A stretch of 64,000 nt of DNA from Gordius albopunctatus (lineage: Eukaryota): the NCBI GenBank assembly GCA_964276515.1, contig OZ193909.1, positions 6,882,001 through 6,946,000 on the forward strand, in the 5' to 3' direction. How positions within the stretch are numbered: position 1 is the stretch's first letter; every line of letters starts with the position of its first letter. The position numbers were made by a program, and so were the translations under genes. The notes beneath the pieces are model-generated. The model saw nothing but the letters and a program-made list of their open reading frames with translations, ran no database searches and was not told where the DNA came from. Below are positions 48,939 to 62,356 of the stretch, one piece after another.

Positions 48939-49329
48939 ATTCTTTAGTTTAACCTTAATTAATATATAGAATTCAACACACAAACACTACAACCTCAAAA
49001 CATCCGTGCAATACATATTATTTTTTGAATTTATTTAATCGTTTCTTGATATACATTTTTGGTAGTGTTAGTTAAAATAAATTTAGATGACTAGTATTTT
49101 TAAATTGATTAAATAGGTCTAGTAGCCATGTAGAATCAACCAAAAACTAAGAGATAACAAGAGAGTTTTAAAGCTGGTTACTGATTTAGTTTGAAACAAT
49201 TTACTTTTAATATATTGAAAATGAATTAGTGAATAAACATAAAATATGCCGATTTTCAACAGCAAAATATCACCAATATACAAAATATTTTACATCACAC
49301 ATTTTACTATGTCTTTGAGTTCCTTGACC

Positions 49330-52300
49330 TGCTCTTCGCGATTTTGCAGATAATTTTTTTCCCTTCTTTACTAATTAAATTGGCTCCAATTTAGTAGACA
49401 ATTGTTTTAGAATTTTTCGCTTCAATCTGGTTTCTTTCTTTCTGTTCCTGACCCTAATTTTTAAAGCTTACTTTTCAACTTGACTAGGCGTTTCACGTCT
49501 TTGTTCCCCCACCATGTCTCTATATCTTTTTGTATACCTGGTTGCCTTCTCCTAGAACACATCTCGCTACTAATAACTGTTTGTCACACTTAGCGGTCAG
49601 CTCCTTCAAGTAGTTTCTCCACGTATTTCTACACTTACACCAGCTTCGCTTTAGCTCGTACCTTCTGAAGTCCATATCTATTTTATGTTTCCATGTCAGC
49701 TTAGGCCTCCCTCTCTTTCGCTTACCTTTGACTTGCACCTTCTTGATACGTTTTGCCATGTGAATTTCCTCCCGTTTTTTCAAATGGCCATACATGTTAA
49801 TCTTCTTACAACCAACTTTCTTGGAATCGGAACTACATTTAGTTTTTCCCTTATGTATTGATTCCTTATATGGTACTTTTTGCTTATTCCAAGATTTATT
49901 TTAACATTCGTATCTCCATTGTTGCCAAGCTTTGCTCTTATTTTGCCTTAATTGTCCATGTTTCCGCTCCATATAATAGCGTGTTTACAATAATGGTGTT
50001 ATATAACCGTCCTTTCAATTTGAGTGATATGTGTTTCTCACATAGTACACCACTCAACTCCCTGAGTTTTAGCCAGCCTGCGTTTATTATGGCCTTAATT
50101 TCGCTTCCCACACCTTACATTGTACCCTCGAACCAAAATATTTAAGATTCTTCCTTCTGCTTAAATACCAATCATCGATTTGCAGGTTTGTTTCATTGTA
50201 TTTACTTCCCGACACCAAGCATACATATTAAGTTTTAAGTATGTTGACTAGGCCTTTGCTTTCAATTCGATCCATCCACACTTTTACCTCTTCTGCTAAC
50301 TCCACATTTAAACCTGCACACAGCACTATATCATCCGCAAAGAGCATTGCCTTAGGTGATTCGCGGCGTTTCAGGTCCTCAGTATCGAATCCATTATTGT
50401 AGTGATGATCAAAACCTAGGTTTTGATCAGGCAACATGAGTTTTTGAACACCCGAACCAGGGATAGCAATGTTAGTTAGTATTAGTATATGTTGTGTGAG
50501 TGCTATCCCGTATAGCATAGTATATGCATATCCCAACACTTTATTAAAATAGTTAAAGCAAAATAAAAATTTATTCTTAAATTTATCGCATAAAACAAGA
50601 GATTTTTATCAGGTTAACCTGAGGTCAACCTGGGTTTCAGGTTGGGGCTAAAATTGACTTGAAGGTTTTTCAGGTTGATTTTCGGGATCAACCTCAGGTT
50701 AAGTTTCGGGTGTTCAAAAACCTAGCCTAAAACCGACCTGAGGTTGGACCTCGGGAAAACCTGACCTAGGTTTTGATCATCACTACATTATTGTTATAAA
50801 GATCAATGGACTTAGTGCTGATCCTTGATTCACAGTACTTTCGTTACAGCGTTTCTATACATAACCTTTATTAACATTCTATAAGCGTACGGTACACCGT
50901 TGAAATTCAGTCTCATGTCAACTGCCTTGCCACTTTATTGAAAGATTTCTCATGATCGATGAAACACATATGAAGTTTCTTTTGTTCTCCCTTATATAGT
51001 TCAATAAGTCGCCTGAGACCATGTATTGCATTTGAAGTTCAGGTCCCAGACATGAAACCAAATTGCCGTTCATCTATTGAGTTTCTTTCCTTGAAATCTA
51101 GCATCTAAAACCTTTTCCAACACTTTATTGCGTGACTCGTTAACTTTATACCCGATAGTTATTGCATTCTTGTACATCTCCCTTCATTTCATAGATTGGT
51201 ATAACATAGCTTTCCCTCCACTCATCAAGCATCATACCACTTCCAAGTATTTTGTAAACAGCTATGCAATTAAATGTACACCTAAGGGCCATAGCATTTT
51301 GAAACCTTCTTTAGTTATATTATCTGGTCCTACCGCTCTGCTCATGATCATCTTTTTAAGCAACTGGTCAACCTCTTCTTCTGTCACTTCTAATTATAGG
51401 TCATATTCATAGTTCGTGCCTTCGCAGTGGTCCTAAACCTTAACTCTTTAATAATTCTTTATAGTATTCTTCCTAACGATCTATATGGTCCAGAGTTATA
51501 GTGATGCCTTCTGTATCGTTTTTACGTTTATCATATCCTTTGAGTTCTTTGCCTGGTCTTTCTGATTTTGTAGATCATTCATACCCCTTCTTTACTAGTT
51601 AACTTGGCTTTCAAATTCTCGTAGAAATTTGTTTTAGCCTTGGCCAACCTTGTTTTGCCCCATTTTAAGCTTTTACAGCCAATCTTGTTTCTTCATTTCT
51701 GTTGCCTGACCATAATCTGTAAAGCTTTTGTTCAACTTGACTAGGCGCTGCACGTCTTCGTTCCACCACCATGTCTCCTTATCTATTTTTGGTTTCCCAT
51801 CTCTTAAACACATCTCGCTACTGATCCTACTCTGTTAGCTATATTATTTCACATATCGTTAAAATTGATCATCTATCTGCAGCCGTTTAGCTATTTTATC
51901 ATTGTAAACATCTTTCAAATTCGGTAGCCCGAACCATTTGATTTTCCCATTTAATCTTTTTGGTTTTTGTTTATTCCCCTTGGAGATGACATAGTCCATC
52001 ACAACAAGTCTATGCTGGGATGCAATAGCCTCACCTGGTAAAACCTTACAATCGCGTACATTTATTAGTTTTTTTCTTAATATTAAGAGGAAATCGATCT
52101 GCAAAGACCGATTCCCACTTTTGTAAGTTATTAGGTAATTTATATTCTTTTTGAAGAAGGTATTTGTTATGGCCAAATCAAATGTCACAGGTATTTTCAA
52201 TATTTCGTTGCCTTCATCGTTCCTCGGTGGGTATTTCTCTCTACCATGGTACCGTTCAAATCCGCCTTTGGTTTTTCCTACGTTACCGTTCATATCCGCT

Positions 52301-52850
52301 CTAACTATAACTATCACGCCTCTGGGTATCATGCGCATCGTTTCAATTCTTTCGAAAGTAAATCTTTTTTCATCTGTGCATTGTGTTTGCCGAGCATAGC
52401 CGGGCACTATATTAATAAATTGACCTTCTATGCAAAGTTTCAACATTATGAGTCGGCCACTTTTTACCTCAGTGGTTTAATCTTGCAGTTGTGAGGCTAA
52501 TATGATTGCCACGCCATTTCTATTTGTTTCTTGGTCATTGCAGTAAATTTTATAGCCTTCACCTATCATCTTTGCTTTTGCGCCTTTTCATCTTGTTTCT
52601 GTATACATGCCATATCAACCCATTTATTGCTGAGAGTGTCAGCAACTTTTGGCATTTTGTCATTGTTCTAACATCTAGAGAGTACTAAATCCGTTTGCAA
52701 AGATTTAGTGACCCACGTTGAGTTTTATATGATACGGGCGCCTACCATGCGCGACGTTTACGGGTGACGCCCTAAATTGTTTTCATTATTCTGAACTTTC
52801 ATAAAGGACTTGGATCAGGGGTGAGGCTTGGCTATCCAGGCCTGACGCGT
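49330..52850 (-). mobile_element. Decayed RTE-clade non-LTR retrotransposon(s)
   Basis: APE endonuclease (ADMNGNVG, NTFFKK, QIDFLL, DCKVLPGE, SQHRLVV); RT (MLFADDIVL); C-terminal YGH..R and GKRKRGRPKLTW. A second fragment lies at ~49330-49600. Confidence 0.88.
50400..50785. mobile_element. Young hAT MITE inserted in the RTE
   Basis: Perfect 22-bp TIR TAGTGATGATCAAAACCTAGGT; perfect 8-bp TSD CATTATTG (50392-50399 / 50786-50793). Confidence 0.92.
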
Positions 52851-52879
52851 TGACGATGTGAGATATTTTTAATCTTTGA

Positions 52880-52950
52880 AATAGCTAAACGCGGGATTGA
52901 ACCTGCGAGCTCATACTTCAAAGACTAAGCATCCCACTCCGCTACCTTTC
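52880..52950 (-). other. tRNA-derived (SINE-head-like) sequence
   Basis: A-box-like TAGCGGAGTGG and B-box GGTTCAATCCC on the minus strand; no convincing full cloverleaf. Confidence 0.5.
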
Positions 52951-53029
52951 TTCTTTATCAGTTATTTGGTCCCACATTCGTGGGCTTTGTTTTGATAAGT
53001 TTCTTCTATTTTGACCGGGTGAGCGCATG

Positions 53030-55290
53030 TCTTGACTAATCTCCTTTGTTTCATAGCTTTATCAACTTACTTTTCCATGTGACACGGGTTGTCCTCTTCT
53101 CTCTTTCCCAGTACCTCCATGTCCAATACTTTTCGATTTACGTCATTCGTGTCCCTTCTTACTATATGCCCATACCACCTTAGCCGATTTTTGTTAATTA
53201 TGTCCGCCATAGGTTAAATACCCATTTTTGTCATTAAAATGTCATTCGTCATATGGACGAGCTTAGTATATTCCAAGCTCCACCGTATCATTCTCAGATC
53301 TGTGGCTTATAATAGCTTTTCTTCGTGGTGTTTAATGACCATGTTTCACTTCCATAGAGTTATACCAGTCTTAAGATGGAGTTGAAAGCTTTAATCTTCA
53401 ACCATATTGTTATTTTCTCGTCGCACATTACACCGGATATACTTCGCATTTTAAGCCATCTTTTTGGATCAGGGAATAGACTTCCGTTGCGCAACCTCCC
53501 TCTTGATGTAGCATCGAGCCGAGGTAAGTAAACCTGTCTACTTTTGGGTACTTTAGATAATCATCCAACGATGGGGTGCCTGTACCGTTCATTTCCAAGT
53601 ATACCGTTTTTCGATCGTTGACCTTTAAACCATATCCAGCTAAGCGCTTGGACCACTTTTTGGCTTCTTCAAATACTTTCTCTTTGTTTTCTCGCATAGT
53701 ACTATATCATCGGCATGTAGCATATACCACGGCGATGGCTTTTGAAGGTCCCTCGTTATCGTGTCTATAATTATATTAAATAAAAAGGGACTTAAAGCAG
53801 AGTCTTGATGTAATCCAATATTAACCCGAAAAGGTTTAGAGTCTCCAACTGTCGTCCTAGCGCAAGAGTTTGAAGCCTCATAAATATTTTTCATAAGCCG
53901 TATATATGCGTCAGGGATATTTTGTTTCCTCAGGCACCATCTGTCATAAGCTTTCTCCGAGTCGATAAAAACCATATGGCCAATATCTTGTTAAGGAGGT
54001 TCGTCAGTATTACATCTGGGCCATTTGCTTTTCCTTTTTGCATCTTGTTCATTTGTATCTTAACTTCATCCTCCTGAAAGAGGTCGACCATAATTATATT
54101 TGGCTCAATTTTGGGAAGGGAATCCTTGTCATTTTCAATATTCATAAGTTTCTTAAAATATCCTTCCCACCTTTCCATCACTTCTTTTGGCTTGAATAAG
54201 GTTTGAACCTTCTAGTTTTTGACTATTTTAAGAACTCCGAAATCGCGACGTTTCTTCTCCCTTATCTTGGCCTATTTGTACCTATCGCCCCCTTTATGAT
54301 CCAATTTGTTAACCATCTTGGTGTACGCGGCATTCTTCGCTATTGCAACGACCTTTTTTGCGGCCCTCTTTGCGTCCCTATATTCTTGCTAATCCTCCGA
54401 ATTTTTTTATTTATGCCACCGTCTATATAGATTTTTCTTTCTTTCTAAGAAATCTTTAACCGATCGATCCCACCACCATAGTTCCCTATTCATAGCTTTG
54501 CCTCCTTTGGTGTATCCTAGAACACAAATCGCTGTTTCTTTAATGTCCTTATATAGCGTCTCCCAATCGTCTTCTACGTCTGCAACTTCCTTGCACCCAA
54601 GAGTGAGGAGGCATTTTGATGGTATTCATCGTTCGTCGACGTATCGTTTAGCCTTTCGTATCGAATTTGAGGTTCATATACCTTTCTTCTTTCGGGAAAT
54701 ACTCTTCTGTCAAGATCCATAACAAGGGGACGATATTGCCTGGCAATTTCTTCTCCAGGTATTACTTTGCAATCCTTGATACTCCATAAGTCCTTTCGCC
54801 GTATAAGCAAATAGTCGATTTGACTAAAAAGCTTCGCACTTCTATAGGTCACAATATGATCTTCGCGCTTTTGAAAATAGGTGTTAACGATCGCCATGTC
54901 ATATGCTTGGGATACTTGGAGAATTTTTTCCTCTTCTTTGTTTTTCAGACCATGCCCATAGCCTCCATGATTGCGTTCATACCCGAGGCGATCTTTACCA
55001 ACGTGAGCGTGGAAATCTGCCCCAATACTTAGGCTTTCTTCTTGTCCTATTCCTTGTATTTCCTTTTCCAATGAATCTAAGAATATGTCTTTCTCTGATT
55101 CCAAACATACAATTTGGGGATCATACGCGCACATAACGGTTAGAAGGCCTCCTTTATCTGCAATCTTCATCCACATTAGCCTGTCGGAACAACACTTGAC
55201 TTCCACCACCTTGTCCTTGAACAATTCGCTTAGAACGATACCGACCCCGTTTCTACGATTTGGTGACATGAAAAATGATGTTGGCAACTT
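53030..55290 (-). mobile_element. Second decayed RTE-clade non-LTR retrotransposon
   Basis: NGVGIVL, SDRLM, GADFHAHVG, SQIDYLL and DCKVIPGE (APE); FIDSEKAYD, GLHQDSALSPFLF, MLHADDIVL and FTYLGS (RT). Confidence 0.9.
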
Positions 55291-56219
55291 AATATTTGAA
55301 ACTCTCTTATTATGTTTAGACGAGGAAGTCTAGTTTGGCAAATTTATCAGCGCTTTAATAAATAAGAATAAACTTAACCACAATCACATTATCGTTCTGC
55401 TCAGGCATGAAAAATTGTATTTGAAATTACTTACCATAGGCAAAACCTGTTGATTTATGAGATAATATACAAATGCTTTAAGGCTAGGAATATTGTATTA
55501 ATTTTAATATTAGGGTATTTATTATTTACACAATTAGATAATTTATAAATATGATGAAAACCTATTTTAATTTTTATTGAATCGCACTTGTGTAATTTTA
55601 TAATAAAAAAATGCTTCATTTTATAAATAAGCTTAAAAATTAAAAATTTACAATACTTTCCATTTAAATATAAGGCGTAAAATAAATCTTAAAAATTTAC
55701 TAAATGTCCATACAATGACAAAGAAGATTCACCACTATTTTTTTATTTCGGTGTACGCAGGAAATATCATTAGATCAATCACCACTTAGCAGCGATTAAA
55801 GTCTAATGACACCTTTTATTTCTAGAGCAACGAGATTAAAGACTTCAAAAGATGACGTTCTTTATAAATGTTTGAAATTATAGAAGATGTTTTTGACTTA
55901 ACTAGATTGTTCGGCTCAAACAGGCTGTCTTAAAACTGTGCAAAACGTGAAATATTGTAGTCATTTTAGCTTTCTTTATCGATACTGAAAGATATTTTCA
56001 TAAAAATAGATTTAACTATATGTCATGACAAGAGGAGTAAATTATTTAATGTTTTTTAACATTTTTTATAAAGCACTTAAGAAAAAAAGAGGGAGTTTAT
56101 TAATTATGAAAGAGCTTAGAGATGATAATAACGATTTTTTAATTAATGAAATAAGGTGGAGCACCATCAATTTTTACTCTCAGTTTTTAACCATCAGAAT
56201 GTTATTTACCACATTCATG

Positions 56220-57225
56220 ATCAAACTCGGGCCTTAAATTTTGAGGTTGTAAAATTCCGGACCGGGCCTAATTTATAAATTATAGGCCCGGCCCGGAATA
56301 ATGTAGAAGAGCCTAAGTAGTCTTTTATCTGTTTAAAACAATCTATAAAATTTTAAAAAATTAATTATTTAAGTTATTGAATCTGTTAAACATTTATAAA
56401 TATATTAAAAATTAAGAATAGAACAAAAAAATCTACTGCTAATAGTTGAAAATATTCAGAAAGAATTTTATAAAGTAAAAGAAAATCTTAGATAAAAGGG
56501 TGAAGTATAGAAAAGATTATAAGAAAATAGATTTTGTTTTTTGCAAGATTTGCAAGAATGTGTTATACTATAATTCCTGCTCATCAGGTAATTACTTATG
56601 TTAGTTTTGATACAGCTTAATATGGAAGATTCATCTCCAAAGGCATAAATGCTGTAAAGAAGTCCAAGAAAAGAAACAAGCTAACAAAACTTACAAGTCC
56701 TGCAAAAATCAAAAAAGATCTCATATCCTCAATAGCCCATTTTTGTGGAATGGATATGGCATGAAACATCTTCTATGAAGAAAGATGTAGAGGAAAATGA
56801 AGTTGACACCAACACAAAGTTAAAGATTAACGAGAAAAAATAGAAGTATCGGATTGGTGGAAAGACCACAGTGGTCATTTTCAGCGCTTAGCCCTCTTGT
56901 TTGTAAGATTTTTTCGACATCTGCTTTTGTCTCGAGTTAGAGGTGTTTTTCGTCAGCGAGCCGCATTTATGAAGAGCGGAGACAAATTTAAACATGGAAA
57001 TTTTTGATGCCTGTGTTATTTTTTCAAAATAGTTTTAATTGCTATGCAATTTATGGTTTTATTATCGATTTATAATTTTATTAGGTGCGTTTTATTATTG
57101 AATAAAATTTTTACCAAAATTAAGTTTGATTAAGTTTCTGCAATTACTAAAATTCCGGGCTCGGGCCGGGCCCGGGCCTTGTTTTTAAAGTTGCTAAAAT
57201 TCGAACCTGGGCCGGGCCTAAGTAT
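56220..57225 (+). mobile_element. Internally deleted hAT element
   Basis: CGGGCC subterminal repeats at both ends; DWWKDHSGHFQRLA and RCFSSASRIYEERR remnants at ~56845-56985. Confidence 0.7.
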
Positions 57226-57454
57226 CGATAAATAAAAGTAAGAACACATCTTCTTTTTAGACTAATAAATAAAATAAACACACATTTTGAAATAATTAAA
57301 ATTTCACCTAGAAATCGGCATTAGCTGCTCAATTTTAAAATATTTCAATAACTTTTTACTTAAACAAATCACTGGTAACCTAATGGCAAGGTATAATCTC
57401 AAATCTCTAGTGATGCTTTTGAGCTATAATATATATGTATTTTATCCGTTTTAT

Positions 57455-58750
57455 ATTAATTGCTATGCAATTTATGGGCTCGTTTTTTGTTGTCCGTCCG
57501 TTGTGCGTCCGTTGTCCGTCGGTCCGTTACCCTCCAATTTATTTACACCAGCTTCCCGACCTGGAGGTTCGTGTTCAATCCCGGGAGACGACAAAAAATT
57601 TTTTTAATTTTTTAAATTAAATTTATATTTTGTTCTTGTTAATATCATTGATAATATGACTTTTTGACCGTCCGCAGGCTACTGACCAATGGAAAAAATG
57701 ACCACTGGCCAAATATATCGAAATTTTTAATTTTTCGTTTTTGAATAGTTTAACATTGATAATTACCCTATGCCCTCCCCTACAAGGGCCTATGCCTCTA
57801 TTGATATAGTTCCCTGTTCCACTCCAAAGGCTTATGCCTCTCTTTAATGTGGGTTTGAAATTGAATCCCGGCGAACGTTCTAAATTGCTGGTTCGAGACC
57901 CGGAGAGGACAAAATTTTTTATTTTTTTTTAAATTAGATTAATATATTATTCTTGTTAATACCATTGATAAAATGACTTTTTGACCGTGTAATGGCTACT
58001 GACCATTGAAAAAATGACCGTTGGCCAAATTTTGCTCGAAATTTTTTTTTCGTTTTTGAATTGGTATATTAATTGCTATGCAATTTTTATGATTGTTCCT
58101 GTTACTACCAATGCTATTATGACTTCTTGGCCGTCCGCTGGCTGCTGACCGATGGGAAAAATGCCCATTGGCCAAATTGTGAATCGAAATTTTTTTTCCG
58201 TTTTTTTTTGACTCTTATGATTATTCCTGTTAATGCCATTGATAATATGACTTTTTGACCGTCCGCAGGCTACTGACCAATGAAAAAATGACCATTGGCC
58301 AAAGTGAGCATCAAAAATTTTTTTTCCATTTTTTTTGGCTATCATTGACTTATAGAGTATCTGTTGGTACTGACCAATGGAAAAAAATGAATTGGCCAAA
58401 ATGTGAATCGAAATTTTTTTGTTTTGTTTTGACTCGTATGTATTTATAGACCATCTCTGGGTACTGACCAATGGAAAAAACGACCATTTTATATTTTCCA
58501 TTATAGATTTGAGAAATGATATTAATTAACTATATTAATGCAAAATAACCTTTGCATTTAATACCCCCCTATAGAGATTCTCGCCCCTTCCCACCTTTCT
58601 CGCCCATAAATTGCATAGCAAACATGCTACTTTTATACAGAGTATAGAAGAGTTCCTCCTTCCCCCCTTCCCCTACTCCAATTGCCCCTTCCCTTCTCCT
58701 ACTCCCATTCCCCCCTTCCCCTTAACACGAGGGCCGAAGGCCCGAGTTTT
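57455..58750 (+). mobile_element. DINE-1/HINE-like (Helentron-associated) element
   Basis: 5' subTIR TTGCTATGCAATTTATGGG; (GTCC)-type microsatellite; internal tandem repeats ACTGACCAATGGAAAAAATGACC; inverted 3' subTIR CCCATAAATTGCATAGCAA (58603-58621); terminal stem-loop GGGCCGAAGGCCC followed by a T-rich end. Confidence 0.75.
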
Positions 58751-59884
58751 CTCTTTTTTACATATATTTAATTTTGATCTATTCGTTTTTATAGTGTTTA
58801 TTACTTCTAGTAAAATTAACAATATTTAAAAAAATTATTAGGTTGATATTAATATTTTACATTATATATCTAAATGCCCGGGCTGATGCGATGTACGATT
58901 TACAATCCATTATTGTATGAAAACGAAAAAAATAGTTTCACAACAAAATATTTAAGGATATCTTAAGGGCTCCACATATGATTTAAATTAAATTATTAAA
59001 ATATTATTAGATTTCGTGGAAAGAAAAATTGTTTAACAGAATTCAACAATTTCTTGTTGTTGTTATAATATGAGTAATCATTTCAATTAATAGATGATCA
59101 TATGTGCTATAAGTTAGGTGCCTTCAATGCTAGTCCAATCGCAAATAATATAAAAATTTATAAAAGTACAAAAATTAAAATTCTCCAATATTTTTTGGAG
59201 AAAATTTGTGAATTTTCTAAATAAAGCAATCACAATGTAATGATAAATGCATTCAAACTCTATCTTATGGAGAAATTTTTTAAAAATTTATCCTTTATTT
59301 TTCTAGTAAAAAGTAAACTTTATATTTTTATTGTTTTTGCATCAAATTTATTATCGGGGTTCATGTCAAGTTCCTATCTCGAATAATTTGATTTGAACAA
59401 ATTATTGGATTTTTGAAATTTAAAGTAACCTCTAATACGCCTACCTCAAAACATAAACAGTTACGCTCTTAACCAACCAATTTAAGTTAAATGAATGTAT
59501 TTAATTGTGTTAATGGACAATTATGACAATTATTACCAAGATAAGTTGATAAATTCAATTTTAATATTTGCAAGGATTTAATGACTTTTCAGCTCACCAA
59601 TTTTTATTAAAAGTATTTATTTAGCTCTTTAAATGACAATTATAACAATTGTCACGGTAATAAATTGTAATTTTTATATATGTAATAACTTAATGAAGTT
59701 AATCGAAATATATCTATAATTCGCACTCAAAAATGATATCAATAAAAGTAGTATCATTTATAAATATATGAGGGAGAAATATATGTTGAAGTAATAAATA
59801 GAATAAGAAGGATGGGTTGTTAAATGAATCTTTATTAAATAATGGGGCCAGGGGTAGGGATTTATGTAGACAAAAGAATAAATA

Positions 59885-60752
59885 AAAAACTCGGGCCTTC
59901 GGCCATCGTGGGAAGGGAGAGGGGGAAAGGGGAGGAGGGGAAGGGAAGTGGGGAAGGGGGGGGGGAACGAAAGTCATCTATACTCCGTATAAACGTAGCA
60001 TATTTGCTATGCAATTTATGTGCGAGAATGCCTATATGGAGGTATAAAATGCAAAATGATTAGCTAATTATTTATACAAATTTTTCATTTAATTAAAAAA
60101 AAATTCCCCTCGCCGGGATTCGAACCCACATCAGTAGAGGTATAAGCCTTTGTAGGGGCACAGGGACCCATATCAGTAGAGACATAGGCCCTTGTGGGGG
60201 GCGGCATAGCGTCATTATTAATTTTAACCTAATAAACAAATTCAAAAACGAAAAAAAAATTTCGAATCACAATTTGGCCAATGTTCATTTTTCCCATTGG
60301 TCAGTAGCCAGCGGAGGGCCAAAAATTCATATTATCAATAGTATTAAAAAGAAAAATATATTGATTTAATTTAAAAAAATATTTGTCATCTTCGGGTATC
60401 GAACCAGCAAGTCAGATATACATCAGCAAGCTTCGGCAATCTAAATTAAAACAAATATAGATGGCGGTATATAAAAGAGGTAACACAAGACATCATATAG
60501 CTTCATAATTAGATATAGACGAATAATAAAAGTTACATTATGTGTAAAATTAAAAAATAATGATTTATATTTATATGTGTATACCACATTTAAAGATCAA
60601 TAAAATAAATTTGACACAATCTTTCTTAAACACCATAAATAAGATATGCAAAATATCGTGTATTATATATAGCTATCTTGATTATCCTAATGCTGGATGG
60701 ACAATGGACAACGGACAGAAAAAAGCGAGCCCATAAATTGCATAGCAATTAA
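59885..60752 (-). mobile_element. Second DINE-1/HINE-like copy, inverted
   Basis: Same subTIRs, GGAC microsatellite and stem-loop in reverse orientation. Short relatives at ~7510-7668, ~25628-25657 and ~57035. Confidence 0.75.
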
Positions 60753-62356
60753 TATATTAATATCCTAAAATTTAAAAAATTTTTATTTTGCCCCTAAATC
60801 ATTATTGCTCCCCTCTAGTTCAATGCTGGCAATGTCCAAGTCCATGGTAACTAATATATTGTTGTACTTACATTTATTTAGAATTAGTTTGAATATGATT
60901 TCAGTATTATGGGCATCGCAGGCACATAGTGTTAAACTTGATATTATGGTTAAATATTATTTATGAGCAAAATATAATTTCGCAAAATTTTAGTATGAGT
61001 TAATCTTCCTGATATAATTCATTTTTGAAGTTAAATAAAAAATAGAATTTCTCAGGATTGTGTCTAAAAATTGGTGAGGATTGAGTCAAGGACCAAATAG
61101 TTTTTAAAAAATCACTGTTTCTCTGCAAGCTATTTGTACAATCTACCAATGACTAAAATTTTTAAAAGGTGCTTTATTTTTATTTCTACAACTTAATTGA
61201 GAAACCGAGTGTACATTAAATAATTCATCCCAGTCACAGCCTAGCCGTTTTTCAGATCTTGTCATTTTTTATTTTAAATGATTATGATTATATCCTTCAA
61301 TGGTAAAATTTTATGTATTACTAGGTTGGTTACACGCTTGCCAAGCAAAAAATATTTGTATACTGCCATCTAGCGGAATACTAAATATATGACGAGGGAA
61401 AACACTTAAGTACTTTAGAAAATGGGGTAGAGATTTTTTACCTAAGTTGAAATTAACTTAAAATTATAAAATTGGATGAAATAATATAATATTTTTAAGG
61501 TACAATAGGAGAAGAGTTGTTATGCATCTTTACATACTAAAGTTCAATATCATTTGAATGATATATAAACAAGGCGTTTTTACATGGAATTGTTAACTCG
61601 GTTTCAACGCAAATCGTATAGACCTTTCGCCTTTTACTAAAGGTCTCCGTGCGGAGGAACAAATGAGCATTTAAAGCTTATTTTTCGAACCCCTCTTTAG
61701 GGGATTACAAATTAGACAATTTAGACATTTTTACCTCAAATTTCAAACAAAATTTGAAATTTATTCTGGTTTTGTAAAAATATATTGCTTAAGTTGGGTA
61801 TTTCGTCTAAGTAGTTATTTTTCAGATTTTCATACAAACTAATTAAAAAGATATATTACATATGATTTAAATTACCAATACATTGGGAAACCTTGAAAAT
61901 CTAACATTCGCAATTTAGATAAAAAATTGATATTAAAAAATTTAAATTAGTTAATTAATTGCTAGTTTAAAAAAAAATATATAAACTTGACATAATAATA
62001 TTCCGAGAAATGTTCAATCCATTACATAAGAAAGTTGATTTTAGTGATAGAATTGTCAGTTTAGTTTGACAGAGAAAGTGGCAGCTTAGGGGTTCCATTA
62101 TTTTGGGTCAGGTAAAATGGTGAAGAGGTAATATAAAATAATAGCGATTTACATGGGCTTTGCCAGGATTGGAATTAGAGGGGGGCACTAATAATTTAGG
62201 AAGGGGCAAAATGATCATTTTTTAAAATTTTAGCCTATAAAACAGTATCGAATCGAGTAAATAAAAAAATCGACACGAAGCAATAGAAATAGTTGATACA
62301 ATCAATGGTTTCCTTTGAGGAAAGGGCAATATGCGTAAACACATTTATATTTATAA

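Noticed and set aside
52880..52950. Functional tRNA gene
   Set aside because: A and B boxes are present but the acceptor and anticodon stems do not pair convincingly.
57640..58500. Repeat-spacer-like array (ACTGACCAATGG units)
   Set aside because: The spacers resemble each other; this is an internal minisatellite of the HINE-like element. The ORFs there are spurious.
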